64,000 bases of DNA, from contig UYFQ01000012.1 of NCBI GenBank assembly GCA_900617105.1, positions 1 through 64,000 of the forward strand. Reading direction: 5' to 3'. The notes below the pieces were generated by a model. It was not told the DNA's origin, did not search any database, and worked only from the letters and a program-made list of their open reading frames with translations. The position numbers were made by a program, and so were the translations under genes. This document shows, piece after piece, positions 36,413 to 52,907 of this stretch. Numbering within the stretch: the stretch's first letter is position 1; the number at the start of each line of letters is the position of its first letter. Source of the stretch: Hydrurus foetidus (Eukaryota).

Positions 36413-37513
36413 AGACGCCTCTCAAAGGTTTAAACAATTTACGTCAGTACGAAGATAGCTATTTCAACGTAAACACTACACATCACACACGTCGCTCTTG
36501 AACTAGGTACGGTACTAGGTGCTATCTATACATTGGACATTGGACATAAAAGAGATCATCTCGATTTACCTTGGGGAACTTCTGAAAGCTGCGTAAAGCG
36601 TACACAGCGTACAATTTGTTCACAGTATACGACACGTATATGTATGACGTACGAAGATTTAAATCGAAAGTCAAGTCCTGATGACATGTTTTTCCATCCA
36701 ATGCGTCATCGAACCTCACAGACCATGATAAATGACATCAAAAATGAGTTCGTTATGCACGACAAGCATAAGAATAACATATGCGATGCTGTATGAAGTT
36801 GGTACCACGCTTTTTCAACATTTTCATGTACGTAACACTCCTGTACGCTTACTGTATGTATGAGGCGTTTCTATTGGACTTTAGTCGATTTGTTTTTATG
36901 GCGGCGTCAGCAAGATTTGGCCGATCTCTTTTTTAACCAGAGTTGAAAGACGTTGCAAGTAGTATTCTTATTTCTCATGACAGCTCAAATAATAGCCAGT
37001 TGTCATCTAGAATCGGAATTATCCCGTAAATATGCATCGGCGCAAAGAGCTGTGCTTAAAAGGGGTAATAAAATAGTTTTCTAAAACGTATTTTAGTGAA
37101 TGTCATTGCGACAGCAATGAAGGAAGTCTGGAGACAAATAATGAAATACAGTGTCAGCGTGATGTAAAGAAACATACTCAAATGTAAGTTGTCACGATGT
37201 GATTCGATAGAAGATAGTAAGTACGCGGCGTGCATGCAATTCCCCACTACTCAGCTGTGATGTGATGCGCTGTATTGGTGCTGACTGCTGAGAGTCGGAT
37301 TATCAATCCGTCCGCGGCGCTTGGCATGACATAACATGACATACCCGTTCAAGAGAGAGAAAATGAATACAGCATCGAGGAGAAATGTCACACAAGACCG
37401 CTGATAGAAGATGCTCCATTACAATGTATACAATATGTTCATTAATCAACTGTCCTGAGAAAAATGTAAGTGAAGTGCAGAATACTCCTTCGACATTCTC
37501 TGAAGGAATATTC

Positions 37514-38551
37514 CTAGACATTCTCTGAAGACTTATTCTCCGCTTCTGACTCATTCGCAAGTTCAAGAGCAATCTGCGCTTCGAGTTCGTCATCATTGTC
37601 GATGTCTCCCAAGTCATCGAAATCATCAGCATCATCTCCTAGATCTAGATCTAGATCACCAAGGTCGGTCAAGTCAATGTCGTCATCATCAAGCTCAGCT
37701 TCCACCTCAGCGGCAAGAGCTGCCTCAGCAATTCTTCTGCTTTCCATATTCAATTCTCTCTGTTTTTCTGCTGGATCATCATTCACTTCGGAGGTGGACA
37801 TCTTTTTTTCTGTTTCCCTGCTTGTTCCTTTCATCTGATCACTTGAGCTTTCTGATGAGCTTCCAGGTTTAGAAGGGGTCTGCACAGATGGACTTTTCTG
37901 AGGGTCGCTTTTTACGACAGGAATAGGCACAAATGTTGGCTTATAGATAACTTCGTCTTCTTTCAGCGCTTTCATCGTCGCCGAATAGAAATCATCAGCA
38001 ACTTCCTCAATTCCTGTGGTTAACCTGATGTACTTCACGCGGAAGAAGAAGTGGTGCCAGAACACCTCCTCCTCCATTTTAGGAGAAAGCTGTACATTTC
38101 ATCATTATTAGGTAGTGACAAATCATCATTCGATAGGCAGTTACAGTTCTGAAGTTAGGAATGAATGAAAGGAATTGTGCGAAGTTACCTTCGCATGCAT
38201 TTTGGTCAGATTTGAGTCTATGCTTAAAAGGCGCATAGCAGTCGGGATGTGCTCAGAAAAAATGAAAGGCATCAGTAGCAACTTCGGTGGGGCAACAGTA
38301 AAATTCTGTTCCGTCAAACTCAACGACAAGATTCTTTCCATGACATCTTGGCTGAGAATCGCAAGACTATCGTTGGATGTTTCCCAGGGTAAATGGGCGT
38401 CACCCTCGTGAAGCTTTTTCGCTTTTGCCACTTCTTCGCGAACTTTCAGTTGCTCCTCAACCATCTGTGCCTGGACAACGTTTGCCTGCTCAACCATGCT
38501 GTCTGTGAAATCGTCCACCAACTTCTGAGCCATTGAAAACCAGTCTGACAT
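37514..38551 (-). CDS. BSD-domain protein
   Basis: DSNLTKMHAK|LSPKMEEEVFWHHFFFRV contains the BSD FW motif across an intron (~38091-38188); acidic C-terminus. Confidence 0.85.
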
Positions 38552-40127
38552 TTTTCTTGATAATTTCGACGGGAACGAGGTGGGTGCTGTATTGCTGGCT
38601 CTGTTCAGATGGTACTCTCAATGTATCATCAATGACTGCCCGATATCGCTGGTCGTTATGTCCAATATGAGACATGGTGATCTGATTGATCATTGATCTC
38701 GCCGATGTGTCGATCGATCGATCACTTTCCGCTTTCCGGATTCCGGATGGGTTACTGTACCGTAGAAACGGTGTGGAATCGGAATGTTCAACACGGAAAT
38801 TCCAGTTGTTTCTGTCGGTCTCCAAATTTTGGTTCGTCATCTGATCTTGAATCGATTCTGTGATGTGAAGTCACTGTAAGAAAGTCCTGATTTTCTACTG
38901 TATCACTACAGTATTGCATTTGAGATCTTGAGATGAAAAATAAGAAAGGCATCAACTGCTTCAACGATTTTAATACTAAAAAAGTCATCAGTCGGCGACG
39001 TTATAGCTGCCTACCGTACTATACAGAGCAGAACAGTCATGTAGATGTTATCATATGAGAAGTTACAATTGGCGATTGCAGATAATACCAACAGCACAGA
39101 TGCCTATCTAGTATTCCAATATTCAAGTGATAGAATCCAATCCAATCTAATCCAGTTCAGAAGGACAGGACAGGACCGGTACAGAAACGCATGACGTCGT
39201 CTTTGAGATTTTCAAATCTGTGGATTATTTTTCTAAGTAGTATTTAGTCAGCTTGATAAGACCCGAGGGAATTTTTGCACCAGTGAAAAAATTGAAGATG
39301 TGCTGTCCTTGTATCTTAACATTTAAGGCATTCATTGAAAACGAAGGAGGCTCTATTGTACGCTGTGGAGTCTGATACCAAATATTTCTAACGAAAACAT
39401 TATTTTCATGATTATAAGGAACAAAGCATGTAAGTGTAGTACGAGCGCACGACCCATTCTATGTGGTGGTAGTGGCAGCTCAATTTCTCTTCTTCTTTCA
39501 GTTCTTTAGGAACCTTCCTTCCCCAGGAGTCTTTTATCATAATCACTGGAAATGGCGGATCAGAGCATGTGACGCACGTCGTCACATCCCATTCCGTCCC
39601 ATAGCATGGCTTGTCGCTCTAGATCAGCCTGTCAACGTCAAATCCTAGCTACATCTTTTCTTGTAGTTCTTGGTCTCAATCATGTAAGTACGTGCATGGC
39701 GGCGTACGTGTATATGACACGCGTACGGTCATCACATCATAATGCGACTGCTGTTTTCGTGCCATCCCCCTCTGCTGTGAGGACGGTTGTTTCTTCTTCG
39801 TGTGTTGTCTCATCAGTGCTGAACATGGGGGCCGGGACGGGGTCGGGGGGAGGATTACGCTGTAATTTCAAAAAAGTGAGAAGTGAGAGTTAGGCACAGG
39901 AGACAGAATGTTCAATGGATATTAGTGATACGATTATGATCAGTTCGTGAAGGATTATTCTCATAAGGTGGAGCAACGAGATTACAAGATGAGATTGGTG
40001 TGATGGACTGACGGGCCACATAGTGTGACGACTACACATTTCAAAAGAGCATCACTTTCCACTGTATGTTGTTCTGATGCATGTGTGATGCTCCCCTTAG
40101 TCAGAAGAATAATTTACACGTACGCAC

Positions 40128-41620
40128 CCTTTGATAGAATAGCACGTACGCGGCTTCAGAACAAATGGAAGCGCTGTCAACCGGCTTGAATTTGCTGTCG
40201 TTGAATAAATACCTAATACATCATACAAAAAACATATTAGGAGTGCGGAAGAATGTTTGGATGATGTGTGGGGATGCCACTGATTGAAGTACGCACCAGT
40301 TTTTATCTATCCGGTTCTTAGCGATTGCCGTGTAATGCCCTCCGCCCATTAGCCCCCCTAAATGGTTCGACACTCCGTATAGATCGTATACAGCGGGCAC
40401 TGCTTGACTGCAGTAAATAGTAAATAGAATATTCACGGTTAGTTTTCGTTTTCGGCAAGGGAGTTCACTAAGATGAGTTGTAAAGGACTATTCAACTGAA
40501 AATACAGAGGCTGATTCAACTGAGTGCAACGTACGGATTCGGAGTCAAGGATCCAAGGTCCAGGGACGTTAGAGGAAATTCAACGAGTTCTTCAATTTTC
40601 GATCTCTTCCCTCTTTTGTCGTATTCGAATCTGGTTTGAAAAATATTTGTCAGAGGTGAGTGAGGGCTGCCGAAATGTATGATTGAGCGGATATGTTATG
40701 GGTTTCACGTTCTCTATAATTTCTGTGACCGTTTACCTCTTTAAATGAATGATGAGAATGGGAGGTAGTGCCCATAGAGATAATCTTTTCTCGGAATCTC
40801 GAAAATCTTTACATTTTGTGCAGCGCCACTGACAGTCCCCTGTTAAAACTTCAGCACGACAAAATTCTCGAATACACGACCTTAGACTTACAGGACGCTT
40901 CTTGCGTCTAACAATGGGTAATGATAAAAACATGAAGGGATCAAACTTCACTGATTTCGTGTCGCAGGTTAGGCATCGTAAATTACTTCTGAGTTGACCC
41001 TGCGACAGATCCACGATCACTGAGCGGTTACGTCGTAAATATCCTTCCCAAGATAACGCAGCAACATCTGAGTCATCTTTAGTGCCATCAGATTCGATGT
41101 CCTCCACATATGGCTTTTGTTTCACACGATTTAAATCCTCGTGGAGACCGTCCAGGAGAAAAGCTAAGAGTTCCTGCGCATCATGTTGCTCATTCCCACA
41201 GAACTGTGGCTGAAGAGCTCCCAATATTTTTTTAAACTTGTCAGGTGATATGACAGCACATTCGGCGCTTCCTACCCACATCTGACGAATCAGATCACCA
41301 AAGCATTCTGCCACCTCACCACTTTTTCCCAATGGGTTCATCCTATTAATTTCTCTTTGCCAGTTCTTCCTTAAAAAATATTCGGCTAGTGGCGCAGTAT
41401 TTGATAGACACTGGATGGATGCGTTAAGGAAGCATGTGTTGCCAAGATTTTTCAGACCAACGAGACCTTTGTGTCTGCGGGTCTTCGATCCCAGTGGTGA
41501 GGTGCATTTCGGAAGTTCGATGGCGCCTTTTGAACTTGCATTTTGTGTGTACTTGCTTTCTCGAAAGTCAGTAAAATTGTTTCCGTGTTGTACGAAGCTT
41601 TTTGATTCAGCACATCCCAT
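40128..41620 (-). CDS. Ubiquitin carboxyl-terminal hydrolase (USP, peptidase C19); 3' end probably extends further left
   Basis: Cys box [32 protein letters not shown] zinc ribbon, IHLKRF, His box [34 protein letters not shown]-terminus MGCAES. Confidence 0.92.
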
Positions 41621-42228
41621 TGTCGATGTCAACAACTATCTAGTGTCGGGTAAGCTATATCAAACGCATCCGTCAAATGTTATCATCCTGTATCGAAGAC
41701 TTCGACTAACTATTGAAAACCACGCGGCAACTGCTTTCCTGGAGCACTGTCCGTTACTGCTCTGAAATTTTCAAGGGTCAGAAGCAGGAAGTGTGCCGCG
41801 TTCTGCCCAATGCTATCCCACACTGTAGCGATTGTGTGCACATTTTAATCGGACGTAGAGTCAACTGTTTGATATTATATCGTTCGGCAGGAAGAACTAT
41901 CGGATCCGGGATCTGGGATCCAACCGAATGTGAGAATGAAGCAGTTCAAGTTGACCGCACAGATTCTCCTCCTAACCACAGAGCCAACTACATTTTTTCA
42001 CGAGCTATTTGAGGTCTCTCTGTTTGACATTCTACGTGAGGTTACGCTGCCGTGAGATGATCTTGAGAGCGAGAATACGCATGCGTCACTAGGGGACCTC
42101 GGAACGAAATGTCTGTTGTGCTGAAACCAGATAGTTGCAGCGTGCAAATTCATCAGACGATTCTAAAAAAAGTTCGAGATGATTCAAGAAAATCTCTTTA
42201 CTCTTAAGTCGTCAGTTAGATTAGGTAT

Positions 42229-45652
<3,424 letters not shown>

Positions 45653-46034
45653 ATTGCCGATAGTCAAAAGACGTTAGTTTTCCTTGCTGTCGGCGGGATT
45701 GTGACTCCTTCGACGACACTCTCTCTACTGCTCCATCTCGTTGCACAAAGAACGGAGCACAGAGCACAGAGCAACATGAAGGTCTCGGAACGGAACATAT
45801 TTGCGTACAGATTTTGGTGCACCGCACCAGCACAACGCACGTAGAAAGAGATCAAATTTCAAATTTCCACTGCCAACACTGGACACCAACATTGCAAACC
45901 TCAAACAGTTTCGAGTTGCAGAGGTTTCAATCTCACCGAACGTTGATTGGACACCATCCTCCAACTCGCAATTTGAGGAATGATGCTGTAACATTCGGTC
46001 TGTGAAGCAAGTTTTTCTTAATTTTTTCTACTGA

Positions 46035-47153
46035 ATGGCCGACGACATGCTCTTAGTTTGCCGTGAGCCAGCATTTGAATATAAGATTGGGACAGATCTA
46101 ATTATCGGCTGCTCTAGTCTAGCAGGTTTATATATCTCATCTACTGACGAGATTGCGGAGGAGACTGTCATATCGGCGTTCAACGCTGGATTTTACAAGT
46201 TCGATACCGCCCCCCACTACGGCTGCGGATTGGGGGAGGAAAGGCTGGGAAAGGCCATCAAAAAGATTCCTTTGATCAATGAACTAGATCAATTAAAGAT
46301 TTGGACGAAAGTGGGAAGATTGATGATGCCGTTCGATGGAAAGGATTCCTCGCTTGAGGCTATTGCTGCCCACCGAAATATTGACAGTGGTAATGTCCCA
46401 GGCTCGAAAAATTGTTTGTTTCCCGACGCTCCGACAAATGTCCTGCCAGTATTCGATTATTCTGGTAGCGGTGTTTTGACATCGCACGCAGACAGTCTCA
46501 AACGTTTAGGTGTGAAAACTATTCATGGTCTTAGGATTCACGATTGCGAATCTGTGTCCAGCATAAATGAAACTCTGGCCAGACTGGGAGAATCTCCAGC
46601 GAGTAGCAGCGGAGGTCTTGCTACACTGGTGAAACTTCGCTCTGATGGGATCATAGCTGAGGTTAGTTTAGGACTCAACGATGCAGATGTCGCATTATCA
46701 ATTTTGCGCCAAGCAACAGTCGGCTCACTGGATAGCATAATGATCGCTGGGTGCTGGAATCTATTAGAACACCCACTATCCAGCCTTGAACTCCTCTTGG
46801 AATGCCAGCGGAATTCTGTAGTCGTCCATAATGCTGGAGTGTTTGCAAGTGGACTGCTGGTTGGAGGATCTACATATCGCTACCAGCAGGCTTCAGCTGA
46901 TCAGATTAGAAGGACTCAGTTATGGGCAGACCTGTGTAAAGAATACTCTGTTCCTCTTCCAGCTGTGGCATTGAAATTCGCGTTATTATTCACTGTGATT
47001 GAGGCTATAGCTGTTGGCGTGAAGAGCCCTGGTGAAGTACGGCTGTTAGTCGAATGGTTTAAGTGCGATGTGCCCCAGAAGCTGTTCCAGGATGCGAGGG
47101 AACGAGGACTGATATCAGAACATGTCCCTCTGTATGGCGATTTTCAGGAGTGA
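46035..47153 (+). CDS. Aldo-keto reductase (D-threo-aldose/L-fucose dehydrogenase-like), intronless
   Basis: FDTAPHYGCGLGEERLG (Asp/Tyr), WTKVGR (Lys), FDYS, RIHD (His), GVFASGLL, LPAVALKF. Confidence 0.9.
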   Translation: MADDMLLVCREPAFEYKIGTDLIIGCSSLAGLYISSTDEIAEETVISAFNAGFYKFDTAPHYGCGLGEERLGKAIKKIPLINELDQLKIWTKVGRLMMPFDGKDSSLEAIAAHRNIDSGNVPGSKNCLFPDAPTNVLPVFDYSGSGVLTSHADSLKRLGVKTIHGLRIHDCESVSSINETLARLGESPASSSGGLATLVKLRSDGIIAEVSLGLNDADVALSILRQATVGSLDSIMIAGCWNLLEHPLSSLELLLECQRNSVVVHNAGVFASGLLVGGSTYRYQQASADQIRRTQLWADLCKEYSVPLPAVALKFALLFTVIEAIAVGVKSPGEVRLLVEWFKCDVPQKLFQDARERGLISEHVPLYGDFQE

Positions 47154-47524
47154 AGGACACCAAGAAGGGAATTCTTTCTCCACGCTCCGGTTTAACTTCG
47201 CAAATGAAGTAATAGGCGAGGAGTCTCCGCACACCGTTGTGAAGACAAAAGAAGCAATAAAATTCGAGAAGTTAATAGAAATTTGAAACTTACACTTCAG
47301 ATATAAAAATTCTCACATGCTTCGCGAATAGTGCATTGGTGCAAAAAAATTGTCGACCTATAATATCAGGTCCTGGATAGGATGTCGTAAATGTCGTCGT
47401 TTGAATGAAAGTGGGCACTCAATATAATTACGACACAGCAATGTACATGAATTTGCCATCGTCTCCATCGCGAAATTATGATGGAAAGTTGTCTACGTGT
47501 CTCAACAATTGGAGGAAATCTCTA

Positions 47525-48134
47525 TTATCTTGTTTTTGTCGTAATAAAATGATTTCTAGTTTGTTTATGTACTGCGGTTGCTCCCCGAGGTCTTTTGGGT
47601 GCTTGGTCTTCTTCATCAGTTCCTGATCCACTCATGTCGTCTGATGCATTCTGAGGGGAATCATCATTTGTGTCATCTTCATCGTCCTCAGAGTCAGAAG
47701 TGTCATTGTCACTGCCCACGTCGGCGATCCATTTCGCAAGAGAGGTCTAGCGTATAATGGAGTTTTTTTTTAATGAGGATGCGAATCCTGAAAATTCAAC
47801 TTCGTTGGGGGTTTGATTTATGTACCTGTAGAGTAGCTATCGAGCTGGCCATGTCGCTCTGTAGGTTCAGTAGCCGTAAACATTCACTTTGAACGAAACA
47901 TAGCTGTAAGTTGAGCATCGTGTTTTTTGTGTGCTCATCCTCGTACATGGTCTTCCAGCTAGAATCGAGGGAAGGTGTGCTGCTACTACTGCTGCTGCTG
48001 CTGCTGCTATCGATGCGGGGAGAGCCGCTGCTGCTGCTTGGGCTGCAGCTATTGATACTCATTGCCGTTGTCATACTGCTCTTTGATCGGAGGCGTTTAA
48101 TACCTAGGACGCTACAGGAGTCTGCGTCGCACAT
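47525..48134 (-). pseudogene. Fragmented low-complexity ORFs (poly-Ser, coiled-coil-like, acidic); possible degraded gene
   Basis: Two short protein-like ORFs, with stop-interrupted protein-like frames upstream; no domain recognised. Confidence 0.25.
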
Positions 48135-49617
48135 AGTTGTCGATATTGATATTGATCTCGCTTATCTGGGTTTCGATATTTTCTGGTTGTCACTTCTACT
48201 TCTTGGCGTATTCCGATGCTATTCAAAGGTAGACGTTGTCGATGAGATTAGTTGAAGCGCTGTAAATTGTCAGATGTTGTGTTCATCTCCCTGATTCCAG
48301 ATGGTAAGAATCTTTTCATCTGCTGTATATCTTACATGCTACCAAGAAGAGGAACGAAGTGAAAACAGACCTGATGGACACCGTTAGGAAGTTCTCTCTT
48401 CTTGAATGTGCGTGACGAGGACTCTTCTTGTTTGGACCCCCCACTTCATTTCAAATTATATCCTTCTGCATGTGACAGATGGCACTTCAACAACACACGT
48501 AGAACAGCTGTCCCCCCGCCCCCCCCCCTTTAAAACCGTATGTTATCTTGAACCTTGAAGAAACTTCCAGACCTCGGACCTTGAACAACAGAATGCTTGG
48601 ATGTGGACGACATCTTGGATCTGAACCATGCATAACATCTTATATCATACCGCCGATTGCATCCAATTTATTTAGCAGGAGACTCCTCATCCCAGCATGT
48701 AAAAGTTCCCCCAAACTATAGCAGCGCATACATCGACAACCTGGAAAAAGTGCACTTACAAGTTAAGTTTACTAGTCAGTTTCAAAATTTTCTTGATTCA
48801 ATGTCAAATCAACCATTTCCAGTTAAATTTTCCTGTAAATAGCGATCCCAGAAATGATGAGGAAACTCATTTATGACTGAATGTCGTGAATTTCTAATTC
48901 TTTAGTGATAATCATTTCGAGTTTAGGATCCGTCAACAATAGGATTCCATGAGCGCAAATTACTCACAAACAACCCAGCACTTTTGAGCACTATTCTAAA
49001 CTCGTTAAATATCTTTGATTAATCACACAGGCTTCTTATTCGTCCCAAGTCCTTCCACCGGTATCGGGTTGAGGTGCATCATTCACATAGAATATTGATT
49101 AACTTTCACCCAATTGTCCACTAATCCGGAAGTCACCTCAACAATGCCTCCTGCTTTACATTATAATAGCTTGCTCTTTCTCAGCATCATCTAGTGAGAA
49201 AATTTCATTGATTGCCCCAATCAAAGCAATGTTCGCGCTGCAGCGTTTTGATCAAAGTAAACGACGATATCAATCAATGCACAATATTCAAGATGGTGAC
49301 GTACTGCGTTACACACTCAGCTCTGTTTTTCGTACAGCAGTAAGTCGAGTATACTACGTATTATGATGAAAAAAGAAAAAAGGCACTACAAATTATTGAA
49401 ATTTCAGAGGTCCCTGCTGGATGCACGATGCATGACTATGTCGGATGTCGGATACCGGATACAGGCGGTTTAGGAGGTAGCTGGTAGCCCAGTTTTTTTA
49501 AATTTCAAAAAATAGGCATTTGAAGCGAGATTTAAGATGATCCATCTTCATCCTTCATCTCTACTTAGACACGTTTCGCGGAGAAGTTTGGCTAGCGATT
49601 GCAACCCAAAATCTCGA

Positions 49618-50523
49618 ATGGTTTCAGGAAGTTTCTCTTACTTGCGGCTACGCATATTGCTTGTTGTCGTCAGCCTCTTCTTCATTGCGGAATCCTCTTT
49701 TATTGATCGCATTCATCATCATGAAGCAATGCCATACGACACCTCTGCTCAGATTTTAGCGACCAGTAAGTAAAAATGTCCTGAGATGATTGGAGCTCTA
49801 CTACCACTGAATTGCATAGTTTCGCAACGACTGGAATATTCTCAAACGTCTTAGATTCTTCACTCCCATCCGGAGAGCTATCAGGAACATTACTCAAATG
49901 CGAATTATGCCTAATGAATAGGCGGATCTGATTTCGACAAAACGTCTGACAAATTAATACCTAACAGCGGAACTGGGGGTGCTAGCATACAATTCATGAT
50001 TACTAACCGAATGAGGCGGATCCTCGAGCAAGATCTAAATTACCTCCCTGAAGAGATCGACAAGATGGATCCTCAGATCGCGCCTATGGTCATTGAAAGA
50101 AAACTGTCGCGACCATCGACGGGAATGCCCAAGAAATGGATCAAATACCACAAGTCTGAGGCTTCCATGTCGAAGTATGCCGCTGGCCTAAAAAATAGCT
50201 TTGAAAGATTCACAAACTTTGCAGTGAATCAAGTTCTGCCAGTTGCCCTACCTATCGTTTTCTTCATTTACGGATTACCGATGATCGTCCAGTCTTTAGC
50301 CAACGACCCTCCAGAGCAAATGACTCTTGAGAAAAAATCGACGAGCTTTCCGTGGCAGAAGAAAGAGGTATCCGTACCACCAGACTCGCGTCGAAATTAC
50401 AGAAGCCAGCGCACTGTGCTACCAGATGGAAGAAGTGGTAAAAAAGGAAAAAAAATAGACATGAATAGTTTAAACAACATTGTCCAAAAACCGAACTTTT
50501 TCACGAAACTAATTGGAAGATAA
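49618..50523 (+). CDS. Hypothetical protein with signal peptide and one transmembrane helix
   Basis: Hydrophobic N-terminus, GTAAGT donor near 49766, main exon FMITNRMRRILEQDLNYLPEEIDKMDPQIA...RP and TM VLPVALPIVFFIYGLPMIV. Internal exon structure uncertain. Confidence 0.65.
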
Positions 50524-51065
50524 AATCATCACCAGAATCTTTTTCTTTGTTGCTTGAGTTTCTGACTGAGCTGCCCCTAAGTGCGTAAGTCCTCAAAATA
50601 AAAGAAACCATCATGCAGCTTATCAGACTAACGTCCAGGTCAAGAACATTGCGCTGATGTCAATGCCATTTCTGCAGACAGACTGCTGCCAGTGGATTAC
50701 CACCAACAATCGCAGTGCATGTCAGTATGATTCACCAACACCTTTCAGGATTCGTTTGAGCATCATCAACCCTATCAATCAAACACAAAATCCTCGATGG
50801 ATGCAAAGCAGAATTGAATTATGTTTGCGGTAACCTCTCATATATCGCCTGATATAAAATTCAGATCTTGGAATTAATAAAGAATTCGAAGTTAGAAAAC
50901 CTAAGAGTAGGACACTGAAATTGACTCTGTCACTACGTGATTGACAAAATCGTGCGACTGACCGATATTATCTCGCGTCCTTTGACTCAATGTAATTCCG
51001 GGCATTTATCTAATTTCTCTTTGTCGCTGCACACGCGCTGTTCATGAATAATTCATATGTCACCT

Positions 51066-51436
<371 letters not shown>

Positions 51437-51608
51437 AGAAGTTTGAGATGGGGAGCGATGGACTACTTCCCCACATTATGGGCTGTCAGTATTCTTAGTA
51501 GCGTTTGAACAGAATTAAAGAATATTGCAACGCGACAAAAGGCCTTCTTTTCTCTATACTCTCATCGTCTGCAGGCGGTTGTTGAGACCCCGTTGAATTT
51601 TGCAAGCC

Positions 51609-52907
51609 ATGGCAAAACTCTGCTCCATTACAATTACAGTTGTAGCAATACTCTGCATAAATACTCGGGGCGTGTCCTCTTTTGCCTTTTCGACAAAGGC
51701 GCCTCTGCATAGAAGAAGCTTTCAACCCACATCGAATAGTAATATCTTTCTATCAAAACCTATCAAGTCGAGAACGGAGATTACGGCAGCCACAATTCCC
51801 GTTGAGATCAAAAAATCATTTGTCGACAACATAGTTAGCAAGATACGCGATATAACTTCTGGAATAGTCGTCACCAATAAAATTGCTGCACTTGGTGCAA
51901 TAGTCATATCTGCTCTGCTCATCTTCATTCGCGAAATTTTATGGAAACCCTCTAGAACCTACGATCGTGATGCAAACTCGGTCGGTCGTGAGTATGACGC
52001 GTGGACAACTGAGGGCATTTTGGAGGAGTACTGGGGAGAGCATATTCATTTAGGATACTATTCACCAGAGGAAATGGCAGCGGGTTACAAAAAAAAGAAC
52101 TTCATTCAAGCGAAATATGACTTCGTTGATCAGATGATGGAATTTGGCAAAGCGCGTTCCCTTTCACAACCTATGACAGTTCTCGACGTTGGATGCGGAA
52201 TTGGAGGTAATTTATTTCTAATCCCAACTTCGTCCAAAAATTTGGCTTAATTAGATTCATTCTCTCTCAATTCAGGAACATCAAGATACTTAGCAAAGAA
52301 ATTCGGAGAACAGACAACCGTCACAGGAATAACTCTATCAAAGAATCAGGTTGCGCGAGCAACTGCACTTGCCGATGAGAGAGGCCTACCAAACGCAAAA
52401 TTCCAAGTTATGGATGCGCTGAACATGACCTTTCCAGACAACTCGTTCGATCTCGTGTGGGCCTGTGAGTCAGGCGAGCATATGCCAGACAAGAAGCTGT
52501 ACGTTGAAGAGATGACAAGAGTCCTCAAACCCGGAGGACGCATTGTGATTGCCACATGGTGCCAGAGAGATGACAGGACAAAGCCTTTCAATGCAGCTGA
52601 GAGAAAAATGCTTGATTTCCTTTACGCAGAGTGGACTCACCCGTACTTCATTTCGATAGAGGATTACGCAGCACTCATGAATGCAACAGGAACTTTGAAA
52701 GAAGTAGTGACTGACGACTGGAACATCCAAACAATAGCTAGTTGGCGCCACTCAATTTGGGTCGGTGTATTCAACCCCTGGCCAGTAATCAGAAGACCTC
52801 ACCTGTGGTGGAAATGCCTCAGAGATGGGATCACACTGGAGCGCATGCATGAGGCGTTTGATGATGGTCTAATGCAGTACGGTATGATGACTGCAACAAA
52901 AGCATAA
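51609..52907 (+). CDS. Cyanobacterial-type MPBQ/MSBQ methyltransferase (gamma-tocopherol methyltransferase family), plastid-targeted
   Basis: Signal peptide ending VSS-FAF; SVGREYDAWTTEGILEEYWGEHIHLGYY; SAM motif VLDVGCGIGG; FDLVWACESGEHMPDK...RVLKPGG; one intron 52207-52275. Confidence 0.88.
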
